Shown in pieces: positions 44,600-56,000 of a stretch of 64,000 bases of DNA (positions within the stretch are counted from its first letter, which is position 1; each line of letters starts with the position of its first letter). Origin of the DNA: a virus. The stretch lies in IMG/VR virus record IMGVR_UViG_3300025137_000025, positions 1 to 64,000 of that record; one strand, 5' to 3'. Below the pieces are notes generated by a model, which searched no databases, was not told the DNA's origin, and saw nothing but the letters and a program-made list of their open reading frames with translations. Both the position numbers and the translations under genes were made by a program.

Positions 44600-45628
44600 A
44601 TGATTAAACACAGAAAAAGTGACGATCATCTGCACACGGATGTAATTCTTGCTAAAGTATCAGAGTACGATATATTCAAACACTATTGTTCTAGCTTTAA
44701 AAAGTTAGGTACTAAGTTTTGCAGTGACCTTAGGGAAGATAAAAGCCCTGGTGTCAGTATAGTTGAGTGGAAGAACACCTTATTGTACAAGGATTTTGCT
44801 AATGAAGAACATACCTTTAATTGTTTTGGGTATGTTATGCATAAGTATAACCTTGACTTTGTAGGTGCTCTTCAACTTATTTCTCGAGACTTTGGTCTTG
44901 GGTTAGCTGCTACAGACGTAATGCCTACCGCTCGTAAGTATACCTACACAAAAACCCCACTTAAAAAGGCTGTAATCCGTATAAAATCAAGAAGATGGCT
45001 TCCTGAAGATGCAGATTACTGGAAGAAGTTTTGTATTCCGAAGAGTTTATTGGTTAAATTTGACGTTCACCCAGTAAAATATTTTTGGATTAATGAAACA
45101 CGTTTTCACCCGCCTAGTATCAGTTATGCTTTCCGTTTTAACGGAGGTTATAAGATTTATAGCCCGCATGAAAGTGACAATAAGTGGTATTCTAACGTGG
45201 GCCGAAACGTCATACAAGGATATAGTCAATTGGCTAAAACTGGGGAAATTGTATTTCTCACAAGTTCGCTCAAGGACGTCATGTGCTTGGAAGTCCTTGG
45301 CTACGCATCCATCGCGTTACAGTCCGAAATGCAATTGCCAGAAGAAACCCTCGTACAAACGCTCAAGGAAAGGTTCAAAAAAGTAATCGTGTTTTACGAT
45401 AACGATTTTGGATCAGAGCAAAATCCGGGGCAAACTATGGCTTCTAAGATTTGTTCTAAGTTTGATATACCTAATATATATGTTCCTGACATATATTGCA
45501 GCAAGGATATCTCTGATCTAATTAAAAATCGTGGTCTGGCTACAGCACAACAATTAATTAAAGATGAGATATGCAAAAGGACAAACAAAAGCAAATTGAC
45601 GATATCCTACATAGATGTTCCATTCTAA
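44600..45628 (+). CDS. dnaG: DNA primase
   Basis: FCSDLREDKSP...YKDF N-terminal domain; TOPRIM-like TSSLKDVM...YDND. Confidence 0.85.
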   Translation: MIKHRKSDDHLHTDVILAKVSEYDIFKHYCSSFKKLGTKFCSDLREDKSPGVSIVEWKNTLLYKDFANEEHTFNCFGYVMHKYNLDFVGALQLISRDFGLGLAATDVMPTARKYTYTKTPLKKAVIRIKSRRWLPEDADYWKKFCIPKSLLVKFDVHPVKYFWINETRFHPPSISYAFRFNGGYKIYSPHESDNKWYSNVGRNVIQGYSQLAKTGEIVFLTSSLKDVMCLEVLGYASIALQSEMQLPEETLVQTLKERFKKVIVFYDNDFGSEQNPGQTMASKICSKFDIPNIYVPDIYCSKDISDLIKNRGLATAQQLIKDEICKRTNKSKLTISYIDVPF

Positions 45629-45768
45629 TGAGTAATCTTGGAATGAAAACTAAGGATGATGTGGGAAGTAGGGATAAAGCAAAACAAATAGAACGAAAGT
45701 GGCTTCAAGAAATAAAAGACATAGATCTAGAACAGTACAAAATGTTGGTACCCGATCTACGAGAGTGA
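45571..45768 (+). CDS. Hypothetical protein
   Basis: ORF track; bridges primase and endonuclease. Confidence 0.5.
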   Translation: MQKDKQKQIDDILHRCSILMSNLGMKTKDDVGSRDKAKQIERKWLQEIKDIDLEQYKMLVPDLRE

Positions 45769-46190
45769 GAAACGCACGCAGAAAAGAAGTCGATGGCATA
45801 AACTTTAGAAGTATGCTTGAGGTATTCTGTTACGAAAAGCTCAAAGAGAACGGTATTAGCTCGGAGTATGAAACTAAAAAGTTTGTTCTGTTTAAAGGCA
45901 TGCACTACGGTAGTAGTAGATATGAAGACAACGGAAAAACTGGATACCAGGATAAGAAAGCTCATAAAGTTAGAGATATTACTTACACTCCTGACTTCCT
46001 TGACCCAAAAGGGAAATGGATTATAGAGTGCAAAGGATATGCTAACGAAAGGTTTCCTTTGAAATGGAAAATGTTTTTAAAGCTGCTAATGGAACAGGAT
46101 GATCCTCCTGTATTATTCGTACCTCGAAATCAAAAGCAAATATTGCAGACGATGGAGATGATTTTAGAACTGACGGCCCCTACAAAATAG
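45699..46190 (+). CDS. PD-(D/E)xK endonuclease (Holliday-junction resolvase-like)
   Basis: DGINFRSMLE...YE...YTPDF...IIECKG. Confidence 0.85.
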   Translation: MASRNKRHRSRTVQNVGTRSTRVRNARRKEVDGINFRSMLEVFCYEKLKENGISSEYETKKFVLFKGMHYGSSRYEDNGKTGYQDKKAHKVRDITYTPDFLDPKGKWIIECKGYANERFPLKWKMFLKLLMEQDDPPVLFVPRNQKQILQTMEMILELTAPTK

Positions 46191-46201
46191 GGGTCGTTTT
46201 T
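46172..46201 (+). terminator. Intrinsic terminator
   Basis: GACGGCCCCTA-CAAAA-TAGGGGTCGTT then TTT. Confidence 0.7.
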
Positions 46202-46213
46202 ATTTACAACAAT

Positions 46214-46585
46214 ATGGAAGAATTTAAATTAAGGTCAGGGGTAGAACCCCCCGATCCTGGAGACTTAATTGGTGTAGCTTATGGTGGAGCTGGGATGATC
46301 ACTCCTTCTGTATTTATAAGGGTTAAACAAGGCAATGGCCATTATATTGTTAACCATTTTATACTAGGGGGTTATTGGTCTCGCAGAAAGTTACCGCCTT
46401 CTCCTACACTAGAGTGGGTACACAAAAACTGTGACTATATCTACGGAAGTTGTATATCAGATAGGATTATTTATGCAGACCCTAGGTGTTTGTCTAAAGA
46501 ACAGAAAGAAGAGTATCATGTAATTAAATCACTTGTAAAAAATGAGTATAAAAACTATTGGGCAACAGACTCAATCAAACACTAG
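46214..46585 (+). CDS. Hypothetical protein
   Basis: ORF track. Confidence 0.55.
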   Translation: MEEFKLRSGVEPPDPGDLIGVAYGGAGMITPSVFIRVKQGNGHYIVNHFILGGYWSRRKLPPSPTLEWVHKNCDYIYGSCISDRIIYADPRCLSKEQKEEYHVIKSLVKNEYKNYWATDSIKH

Positions 46586-49301
46586 TGGACTAAAAAAGAT
46601 TATCAATAAAGGCGCTCAACGTCTTGTAATTGATGTCTTACAGTCTACTCAGTATTCTACCCCAATCCCTTCAACAATACGTGAGCTGGTAACAAATGCC
46701 TGCGATTCACAACGCGAGAAGGAGATTGCGATAGAAATACTAACAGGTAAGGCAAAGATGGAGGATTACTTCATCACCAGACAGGGAGAAGAGTATACAG
46801 ATTCAAATTTTGATTCGTCGTACTATTCTTTGGAGAATCTTAACACGGCTCAGAACAATGTAAAAGTTAAGTATCATGAAAATGATGCAGGTACAGGGTT
46901 CTGTGACACAGTTGAGATCATTGACTATGGCGTAGGCATTGGTAATAGAAGACTTGAAGGTATGTTGGAGCTAGGTTATTCTACAAAGCGCAACACATCT
47001 GAGAACTTCGGTGCCTTTGGTTTAGGTAGCAAAATTGCATTGTCTACAGGTGTATCGCACTACACCATTGAGACTGTGCATAATAACAAGAAGTTCAAGA
47101 TGCACTGCTATCCGTACAAAACTGACTTTGTAATAACAAAGTGGGATTGTGATGGACACGTGGTTCTTAGCAATGGAGAACATGCTTATTATAAGAAAAC
47201 TACTTCTACTAACTACACTAAAATCTCGTTTGGGAGTAAGAAACACAATCGCTCAGCTTACAGAAATGCAATCAAGGAGCAGCTTTCTTACATATCTAAC
47301 GTGGATTACTATACTTTATGTCTCGACGGAGACGGTAAGAGTCGTGAGTACAAAGAGGATATAAACAAGGAAGTGCTTGTAAATACACCCTCTTGTATTG
47401 TAGCTGCTGGAAGTAGGTGGTATTCAAAGCCGCACATCGTTATTGTCAAGAATCCTGGTGATTCTGTAGGTATTAACTATGGCAGCATTGATTTCCGTGA
47501 ACTTGAGATGGAAGATCTCGCAGGAAACATAGGCATAAAGTGTCCTATGCGGCAATCGTATATAAATGATGATGGACAAGAAGTAGTATTACAAGAAGGT
47601 GTAGACGTTACTCCTTCTCGTGAGAAAGTTATATGGAATGAATCGACAAAGGAATATGTGCAGAAGATGTTGGAGCAAGCTGCGGATGAAGCAGCGGAAG
47701 TCATACAAGAAGCACTAAAAGAAGATGATTTTATACAATGGATTAAGCTGTGTACTAACATACTATACAAGAACCCATCTGCAGAAGGGCTAGGTGACGA
47801 CCTAGTTGGGCTTAATCAGATAGCTCGTATGGTTGATACCTCGAAGATTAGACCTATGTTTAAGTCTTCTGGAATTAGATTTACTAATCCCAAGAAGATG
47901 TTTGCAGGGTACAGTGTTCGACAGATTCGACGTGTTAGTAATGGCATTGAACGGACTGAATTGAGCGACTGGACTTCGACAGATATGTCTAGGGTCTATG
48001 TTGCAGATGAAGGCGGTGCAATCAAAATAAATGATTTGTATCTGACTCTTGGAGACTCTCGTAGTTTTATTCTTATTTCACCTAAAGGCACTGATTATCT
48101 TTCAGACGATATCGCACGCGAGACTCGTCCTGAGATAAAGCAAAAACTTCAGGCAGAGAAGAATAAGTACGAGAAGAACAAGCAGATCATAACATCTCTT
48201 TTGAATACGCAAACCTCATCTGTGCATAGTTACTCTGATATAGAGGTGCCGGAAGATGTCTTAAGTACAATTCAAGCTATAGAAGCTAAGGATATCTCTC
48301 AAGAGCTTACACCTGCAGAACTTCGTAAACTCCAACAGAAGACTGTAGGCTATACTCTAAGAAGGCAGATGAATGATGAACAGTGGGTATGGGACAAGAT
48401 AGAACCAACAATTGAAACAGTTGTAAATTCTAAAATTGAAACATATTATGGAACATCAGAAGACGGTCCTAAGATAAAGCTAGCTGCTGAGATGTTACGT
48501 AGACGAGTTTCTACCTGGGGAAGAGTCAGTGTTAGGCTTTCAAGTTCTCAGTGGGACACCAGTCCTATATTATTTAGAGAAGCTATTCCTGCGGCTGTCA
48601 ATAAGTACAATGCGACATTAAAAGAAGGCTTTTCTAGTGTGCTGGATAAATATGAGAGTGAAGCTCCGCAGCTTATTAGATTATCAGAGAGCAACTGTAA
48701 ATACGCACGTAAGAATACAAACTGGAAGCACATTGATGACTTCTTCTTTACAATGACTGAAGAAGGAGCTATTACTGCAAGTAGATATCTTAAACCTGTC
48801 CTCACTTGTATATCTCTACGAGATAGAAAACAATCGTGGGAATGGTTAGGGAGTGCTACGGCTAAAAATTTGTTGCCTCCTGCGCATAAACTTTATAAAA
48901 CTGTATATAGGTATATGGATATTTGTTTCCCTATCAATCTATCTAACAGCGATTTAGGGGCAGATGATTTTATCAAATATCTTGTAAACTTTATAAAGTA
49001 TCAAGACATTTGTGATACTGATGATCTATCTTTAAGGCAGGAAAAGTCCCGTGAATTCTTTGTTGTAGATGTCCCAAGCATCGATGCGTACGACAAAGAG
49101 ATTGCAGAACTTGGAAATACTTTAGATGATTTGTCAGAGCATATCGGTAGCTGGATGCTTCACTCTCGTGAGACAGTCTACAATAATGCACAGCATGAGT
49201 CTATATACAATGTAGTGTTCAACCACTACAATAAATTTGATATCGAAATCCCGGAAATCGAGGTACCGGGCTTGAGATTTAACCTTACTCCTCGAAGTTA
49301 A
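46542..49301 (+). CDS. rIIA: RIIA-like protein (N-terminal GHKL ATPase)
   Basis: YS.P....IRELVTNACDS, DYGVGI, GYSTK, GAFGLGSK, VDVTPSRE; paired with RIIB. Confidence 0.85.
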   Translation: MSIKTIGQQTQSNTSGLKKIINKGAQRLVIDVLQSTQYSTPIPSTIRELVTNACDSQREKEIAIEILTGKAKMEDYFITRQGEEYTDSNFDSSYYSLENLNTAQNNVKVKYHENDAGTGFCDTVEIIDYGVGIGNRRLEGMLELGYSTKRNTSENFGAFGLGSKIALSTGVSHYTIETVHNNKKFKMHCYPYKTDFVITKWDCDGHVVLSNGEHAYYKKTTSTNYTKISFGSKKHNRSAYRNAIKEQLSYISNVDYYTLCLDGDGKSREYKEDINKEVLVNTPSCIVAAGSRWYSKPHIVIVKNPGDSVGINYGSIDFRELEMEDLAGNIGIKCPMRQSYINDDGQEVVLQEGVDVTPSREKVIWNESTKEYVQKMLEQAADEAAEVIQEALKEDDFIQWIKLCTNILYKNPSAEGLGDDLVGLNQIARMVDTSKIRPMFKSSGIRFTNPKKMFAGYSVRQIRRVSNGIERTELSDWTSTDMSRVYVADEGGAIKINDLYLTLGDSRSFILISPKGTDYLSDDIARETRPEIKQKLQAEKNKYEKNKQIITSLLNTQTSSVHSYSDIEVPEDVLSTIQAIEAKDISQELTPAELRKLQQKTVGYTLRRQMNDEQWVWDKIEPTIETVVNSKIETYYGTSEDGPKIKLAAEMLRRRVSTWGRVSVRLSSSQWDTSPILFREAIPAAVNKYNATLKEGFSSVLDKYESEAPQLIRLSESNCKYARKNTNWKHIDDFFFTMTEEGAITASRYLKPVLTCISLRDRKQSWEWLGSATAKNLLPPAHKLYKTVYRYMDICFPINLSNSDLGADDFIKYLVNFIKYQDICDTDDLSLRQEKSREFFVVDVPSIDAYDKEIAELGNTLDDLSEHIGSWMLHSRETVYNNAQHESIYNVVFNHYNKFDIEIPEIEVPGLRFNLTPRS

Positions 49302-49316
49302 TTCCAAACATTAACA

Positions 49317-50465
49317 ATGATAAATATAAACCTGATAGAAGAGAATATCTCTGTATCTATAGGCGAAGACTTTTATGTAATCCCGCATAATGCTGCGTCT
49401 ATGAAACGATTGAGTGACTTAGCAGCTCAAGCTAATTTTGCAAAGACATATGAAGATTATGAAATCTATGTCCGAGAAATTACTACGCTAGTTGAAGAAA
49501 ACGGTATAGATTCTTCTGCATTGATACAATCTAAATGTGACCACATTGTTCAAGATCCTCTGACTAAGGAGTTCTTCTTGACATACGGTGACGATAAGAT
49601 TTCAACCATGCCTATGCCGCAGTCTCTTGTTGATCGTATAATGGATTCGATTGATAAGAACATAGATTTCTTACCTGTTATAAAACTATGGACGCGGTTT
49701 CTACGCAATCCGTTGTTGAAAGAGAAAGGAGCAGATTTTGCTGAGAGATTTGCTGACTTTGTAAACATGCGCTATGTGCATCCTGCGAGTAAAGAGGTTT
49801 ATCTGGAAAAAGGTCTTGCCGAAGACGTAGCTATTGAACTTGCTACTGTATATCAGATAAAAATTACCAACGAAGGTCTCTTGAATGGTTACAAAGTTAG
49901 CAGAGAGCTGCTTCATTCTTTTGACATTGAAACGGGAGAGAAAGTTGATCGCTACAAACGCACTTTTAATGTTGATACTGGAGAGATAGAGTCAGAAGGA
50001 CTCCCTCAGTACATCGAAGATCGTGTGTTTGAGCCTGCAGTCATGGGCAATGGGGGCGATGCATTCTACTGCGGTGACAATAAAGGTCATCACATTAAAG
50101 TAGGACAAACACATTCTCTTGAATCGTGGGATCAAGTGAATACTAATGACAATGCTACATGTGTCCCAGGATTACATATAGGTGGTCTTAGGTATATTGC
50201 TTGGTACGCAGGTGAGATACATAATGTGTTTGTTGACCCTATGCATATTGGAGCTATACCTGATTCAGAAGATGGTGCTATTCGTTGCCTCGAATATTTC
50301 GTACACTCTAGCTTAGCTGGTGTGAATGGAAGTATGTATCATTCTTCTACCTATGCAGCTATGACAGATGCTCAATGGGGAATTCTTCGCCTAGAGATTA
50401 TGACAGATAATCTTGCAAAGATACAGGAGCTTCAAGCAGCAGATAAACTTTTAGATGTAATGTAA
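49317..50465 (+). CDS. rIIB: RIIB-like protein
   Basis: LW.RFLRNP, ITNEG...GYK, TCVPGLHIG...Y, VDP..IGAIP...IRC.EY. Confidence 0.8.
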   Translation: MININLIEENISVSIGEDFYVIPHNAASMKRLSDLAAQANFAKTYEDYEIYVREITTLVEENGIDSSALIQSKCDHIVQDPLTKEFFLTYGDDKISTMPMPQSLVDRIMDSIDKNIDFLPVIKLWTRFLRNPLLKEKGADFAERFADFVNMRYVHPASKEVYLEKGLAEDVAIELATVYQIKITNEGLLNGYKVSRELLHSFDIETGEKVDRYKRTFNVDTGEIESEGLPQYIEDRVFEPAVMGNGGDAFYCGDNKGHHIKVGQTHSLESWDQVNTNDNATCVPGLHIGGLRYIAWYAGEIHNVFVDPMHIGAIPDSEDGAIRCLEYFVHSSLAGVNGSMYHSSTYAAMTDAQWGILRLEIMTDNLAKIQELQAADKLLDVM

Positions 50466-50466
50466 C

Positions 50467-51240
50467 ATGAGTCAACAAATTGAACGACTTCCTAAAGGAA
50501 AGGCCGTTTGTTTGATTGACGCAGACTCGTTGCTGTACTACGAGATGGGGAAAGAAACGTTGGAAGAGGCTATGGCTGGCCTCGACCAACGTGTTCTTCA
50601 CATCCTAGAACAGTGTAATACTACTAAGTATGCGGGTTTTCTGACTCAAGGCAAGTGCTTTAGGTATGAGGTAGATTTTGAATACAAAGCTAAACGTAAG
50701 AAATCCAATCGATCTGTGTTGTTTCCTTCTTTGAAGGAGTACGCACAGCAGAAATGGGGTTTCACTTATGTTACAGAGCTGGAAGCTGATGATTTAGTCA
50801 GTTATTATTCATACAATCACGAAGAGAATACAATTATCTGTTCCCCTGACAAAGATGTACTCAAACAATGTATTGGTATGCATTATAATTATGGGAAAGC
50901 AGAGTTCACACACACATCTCCTGAAGAAGCTCTTAAGTTTCTATGGATACAAGCGTTGATGGGCGACAGCACAGATAATATAACAGGTATTCCAGGGGTA
51001 GGGATAAAGACTGCAGAGAATTGGTTAAAGGATAGGACGAAAGACTTTGAGTCTTTTGCTATACGTAAATACGTAGAGAAGTTCGGTATGATAAATGGTA
51101 TCATGGAGTTCTTCAAAAACTTTAACCTTGTATACTTACTAAAAACAGATGAGGATATGGCCAGATATGGTCTTACTCTTTCTGCTTTGGAGTGTATTGA
51201 CATTTCTCAGAATGAGCTAGAATTATGGGACGATGAATGA
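50467..51240 (+). CDS. 5'-3' exonuclease (FEN / T7 gp6-like)
   Basis: LIDADS, FRY....YKAKR, LEADD, SPDKD, MGDSTDNITGIPGVGIKTA. Confidence 0.92.
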   Translation: MSQQIERLPKGKAVCLIDADSLLYYEMGKETLEEAMAGLDQRVLHILEQCNTTKYAGFLTQGKCFRYEVDFEYKAKRKKSNRSVLFPSLKEYAQQKWGFTYVTELEADDLVSYYSYNHEENTIICSPDKDVLKQCIGMHYNYGKAEFTHTSPEEALKFLWIQALMGDSTDNITGIPGVGIKTAENWLKDRTKDFESFAIRKYVEKFGMINGIMEFFKNFNLVYLLKTDEDMARYGLTLSALECIDISQNELELWDDE

Positions 51241-51991
51241 TGCAAAGGGTCTTAATTTAACGCCTGTTGATGGGCGTACTGTTCGTCTGAACCGACCTGC
51301 AGATTTTAGAGAAGTAACAAATGACACTGATATAGTTAAGCTATATCGAGAGTCTGACGATCTTTCGATCACAATTGGGACCTCTATAATCTATAGAAAG
51401 ACAAAGCACAAAGTAAATATTATTAATAGGGGCACACACGAAGGGAGACTTGTTTCCTACGATTTAAAGTGTGCGTTACTTACTAGTTCTAGTACGTTTG
51501 TGCTTCCTTTCTTGGGCGGTAACAGAAAGTATATGTTGTGGGATTCATTGTTTGTAAATGCTTTTATTTCTACACCTGAACACGATGAGTGCATTGCACT
51601 TTTGTACAGATTTTCAGGAGAAGAGCTATTTACAAAGTTTGAGTCCGCAATGTGTGCTATGCCTACGTTTATCAAATTTGAAGATGTGGATAATCACCAC
51701 GTGCTTTTCACTTTTGATGTTCCGAGTTCTGCTAAGAACTCATATGAACAATTTAGAAACGGACAATATTCAAAGATTGATGATATATGGAAATTATTAA
51801 TACTAGACTATCACGGATTTGACAGCAAAGGACAGACCGCTCAGATATTGTACAAAAGCTCAGAGCTTAGGAAAGAACTAGAAAAACGTCTAGATACGGA
51901 CCTAGGAGACTCTGAGGTGCACAGTATTCCTGACATGACTTATGAGAGATTTAATAAAGAATACTATCAAGCACATGCATCCACTATTTAA
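51233..51991 (+). CDS. Hypothetical protein
   Basis: ORF track; FVLPFL...FVNAF...F.NGQYSKI pattern. Confidence 0.6.
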   Translation: MNDAKGLNLTPVDGRTVRLNRPADFREVTNDTDIVKLYRESDDLSITIGTSIIYRKTKHKVNIINRGTHEGRLVSYDLKCALLTSSSTFVLPFLGGNRKYMLWDSLFVNAFISTPEHDECIALLYRFSGEELFTKFESAMCAMPTFIKFEDVDNHHVLFTFDVPSSAKNSYEQFRNGQYSKIDDIWKLLILDYHGFDSKGQTAQILYKSSELRKELEKRLDTDLGDSEVHSIPDMTYERFNKEYYQAHASTI

Positions 51992-52688
51992 AGATGTAGA
52001 CTATGGATGGGGGGAGTTGGAGCCCCTCATCAATAGCTCTCAATTCGATTTTACGGTAGAGGAGATAAAGACAAAAGGCAAGAAGATATATCCTAAACGA
52101 GAGGATTTATTTAAGGCTTTTAGACTTTGTCCCTTAGATAAGGTTAGAGTAGTGATACTCGGACAAGATCCATATCATAATGGTCAAGCAACTGGATTAG
52201 CTTTTGGGGTAGCACATAAACCTATCCCTCCTTCTTTGCGTATCATACACAAAGAGCTATGCGCACAGTTTGATCACAACCAACCAATCGAGGAGTTCGA
52301 TCATACTCTAGAGCATTGGGCAAAACAAGGAGTTCTACTTCTTAATACTTGCCTAACTGTAGAAGAGAAAACTCCTGGAGCCCACGCTGGTATGTGGGAT
52401 TGGTTTGTGAGAGAAGTGCTGCAAATGGTACAAGCAAAACAGAGGCATACTATATTTGTACTCTGGGGTAAGCACGCTCAGAAGTTTACTAAATTCATCA
52501 ATGTCGCTACAATTTCTTCTGCACATCCTGCAGCTGAAGTTTACACGGGCGGTAAAGGTGGGTTCCACGGCAATGGGCACTTTCTAGACTTAAACAGTCG
52601 AGTAGGTAACATTGACTGGTTTAAACTTCCAGAGCCTGTATCCGAAGATTCACAAATTAAAATGTATGAACAAGATGTATGGGAATGA
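51977..52688 (+). CDS. ung: Uracil-DNA glycosylase (family 1)
   Basis: VVILGQDPYH, ATGLAF, PPSL, WAKQGVLLLN, FVLWG, HP. Confidence 0.95.
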
Positions 52689-52731
52689 CAAACTTAGGTT
52701 TTGGGAACAAGACTATAAAACAACAACTACT

Positions 52732-53013
52732 ATGGATATAATCAAATTAGATACCATTAAAGAGGCACATGATATCTTAGACAGCTTGAAGACTCTCCTT
52801 GCGGAGAAGAACCAGGCATACGGAGACAGTGCTCTTTCTGATATTAATTTGTTCTGTAATTTATCTTCACTCCAATTGTTGGAGGGACAGATAGAACATA
52901 AGTTGCGTAGGCTTAAAAACCTAGGTGTTGACGGCGACACGGAAGATACACTCATGGATCTCATGGGGTATCTAACGTTGTTTATGGTAGCTGTTAACCG
53001 ATCGAGAAAATAA
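52732..53013 (+). CDS. DUF1599-like (nucleotide-modification-associated) helical protein
   Basis: KNQAYGDS...KLRRL...EDTLMDLMGY. Confidence 0.75.
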   Translation: MDIIKLDTIKEAHDILDSLKTLLAEKNQAYGDSALSDINLFCNLSSLQLLEGQIEHKLRRLKNLGVDGDTEDTLMDLMGYLTLFMVAVNRSRK

Positions 53014-53020
53014 GGAAATT

Positions 53021-53049
53021 GGGGTGGCGGCTTTCGCTGCCCCTTTTTT
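53021..53049 (+). terminator. Terminator between convergent blocks
   Basis: GGGGTGGCG-GCTTT-CGCTGCCCC then TTTTTT. Confidence 0.8.
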
Positions 53050-53055
53050 AGGGCC

Positions 53056-56000
53056 TTACTTTTTGCTAGTCAGTTCATAGTACTTAGAAGCCTGTTCTGG
53101 GTCTACTGATTTGTACAAACCAGCAGCAATTGGGAATACATCTAAGAGTTCTTTTGTCCACTTAAGATCTCCTTTTTGCATTTTTCCTGCTCGACGCTGA
53201 TAATAAACATCTTCATCAGGTACAAGCCCGACAGAATTAAAAAGTAAATCTTTAGATGCCCGTAGCAGCTGAATATTATCTTCAATTAATTGGCTAGCCG
53301 CTGTAGGATTCTCCATCAGTCTAAATAATTCAGATGGGTCTCTGAACGCATTAAGTTCTGTCTTTAATCTATGTGCTTGATAAATAGCAAAGTGCCCTGC
53401 AAAGTTATCGAACTCGTCGTCGTCATCCATTGCAGCTCCTAATGCGCTAGTCATAAGACCTAGCATTGACAAATAGACTTGTTCGTGATAAACTCTTTTT
53501 AAGTTTTGTCTTTGTAAATCCGACAGATCTTTTGAGAATGGGTTTAGATTGTTGAACGCTCGAGCAAATTCACGTCTCCGTACCAGTGCAAGCGAACTTC
53601 CTATCGCTCTTGCTACGGTTGTGTAGTATCCTTCTGTAATATCTGCTAGCTCCACATCAACATGGTATCCCCCAGTAGAATGCCCAAATCTTTTTCTATA
53701 GGCAGGCACTAAGAACTTTCTAAAAAGCATTAAAGGTCTAGTAACGTTTTGACGTTCTAATAGCACCTTATCAATAGGACCTTTAAGCTGGTTAGTTCTT
53801 TTGGTGATCCCATTAAGCTTACTTGCAAAAGCTGCTAGTTCTTTCTTACCAAAGTTTGCAACCTCTGAGTTTACTACAAGTCTGCCTTTGCTGTTTATCT
53901 CCATCACGTCCCAGAGGTTAGCCTCTTTGCCCTCCTTTGTTTTTATAACCTTACCGTTTTTATCCTTAAGGGTTCCTTCTAAGGATATAGCTAAGGCTAC
54001 CATCTTTTCAGCTGTAGTTTGCCATTCCATTCCTCGTTGTGCTGCAAATGCTGTCCCAAAGTCTGTTGCTTTTTTGACTGCACTTCCAGTGGTTTTCTCA
54101 AATGCTTGTGAGTGTTCTTGCAAAGCATCAAACATCTCTAGCATCTTGTTAAGCTTAGTTTCTTTATTAAACTTAGGGCTTAGTCCTTCCGACGACATGC
54201 TTGCAAGCACTTTAAATCTTGCACGAGATAAGTCCGATCTGCTGTAGAATTGGTTTGCCCACCCTTCTTGAGCGTTCATAGTGCTATCAATTATGAGCTG
54301 GTTAGTTGCTTGCAGCATGTTACCAGATAATCGTGCTAGTGCTGTCATTGTTGAAGCTTGTCCCACTAGTTTTGATACTGAGAGCTTACCTAAAACTGTT
54401 TTTTTAGCATTCCCTTTTATAGACTCTCCGTAGATCACGTTGTCGATGAAGCTTTCTAACGCTATATATGTGTTTGACTTTTTTCCCTCATCTTTTAACT
54501 CAAGGTTGTATCCTAGCTTTTGTGCTGTGCGATCGGTTAAATAGTTACCAGATTCCGTCATAGTTAACGTACCTCGAGAAGCTATAGCATCATGCATTAC
54601 GTTTACCATGCCTAGCATTTTAGCCTTAGCCTCGTATCGGTTAGACATATCAGTAAACTTAACTATACTATCCACTATGTTCTTAGACACCTTAGCTTCT
54701 TCTACTACGTTAGTAAAGTATCTAGGTATAAACTTCATCTTCTCACCACTAGCCTGTACCAGCTCTCCAAAGTCTGTATCAGTTTCTTGTAAGTAGAACG
54801 CATCATTTATTACGTCGGTTACCGCCTCTCCTGGGTTGCCCTCTAGTCCTATATCCAGTGCCGACTTTCTAACAGATGGAAGTATGTACGAGAAGTTGTC
54901 CCAGGAGTTTTGAGACATGCCTCCTTTCCCAAGTTTCTTCTGCTGTATTTTATATATGTTTAGCAACACATCATAAAACTCTTTTGCTTCCGCAGGCATA
55001 GAGGTATACTTTGTGTTATTGTAGCTCTGGTTAGGTACAGTTAAGTTCCCTACTATCTGCATCCCATTTTTTCCACGTCTGTATACCTTTTTTATTTCTA
55101 GCTCTAGTGCATGGTACTGGTAGGTTAGCTCCTTCCCTGTTTCTTCTTTCCCGTCCTTAAACGCTTTGATTCGTGCATAGTCTAAATTATCTCGCTCTGT
55201 AAGCATGCCGTCAATAATGTCTCGTGCTCCTTGTATCTCTTCAGTATTTTCTGCATACCATTTTGCTACAGCTGCATTATATTTTCTCCCATTGTCAGAC
55301 CTAAAGAAATCATCCAAGTCAGCATTGTCCTTAGGATAGTTGTGTGCTTTCTTAGCAGCTTCAAATGCTTGAGTCTTTGCATTCTGAAATCGGTTCATGT
55401 TATATGGCTGCACAAAGGACAGAACTGGAATCATCTTGATCGTACCGTCTTCTTGCTTTCGTGCAATATTTACAGTCTCAAACAAGTTTTCATAAAACTT
55501 ATCGGGCCTATCTTCCGATACACCTTTCCATGCTCTAAATTTTTTAAAGGCAGGTTCTAGCTGATACTTTACATCAATTGTTTTTTGATGAGCATCAAAT
55601 AATTCTGACTTCACAGCATTTGCAAACAATTGAATGTTAAGTTCTGAGTTGTACACTAAAGGATCTGCGTACATAGAAAAAGATGAAGCATCTTGATGAG
55701 TTTCTCGTAACTCTCGTATGATAGCCTCTCTCCCAACTATCTGTTCTTTTAGTTGTATAATGTTTAGCTTCATTAATTTCTCTCTCCTCTCTTGTCCTGC
55801 CCCTATTTTAAGAGTATCACGCATAATTTTAATTGCACGTGGGTCTCTTCTCTTTAGTCCTTCATAGGGAATATTAAAGTCTTTCTTTGCCACTGCAGCT
55901 TCTAGCTTCTCTATACTGGCATTAAACTTTTGGTTAACCTCCATTGGAGCATACTCTAGCAGTAGATCCGCTTGAATAGGTATAGCTATTTCTAAGTACC

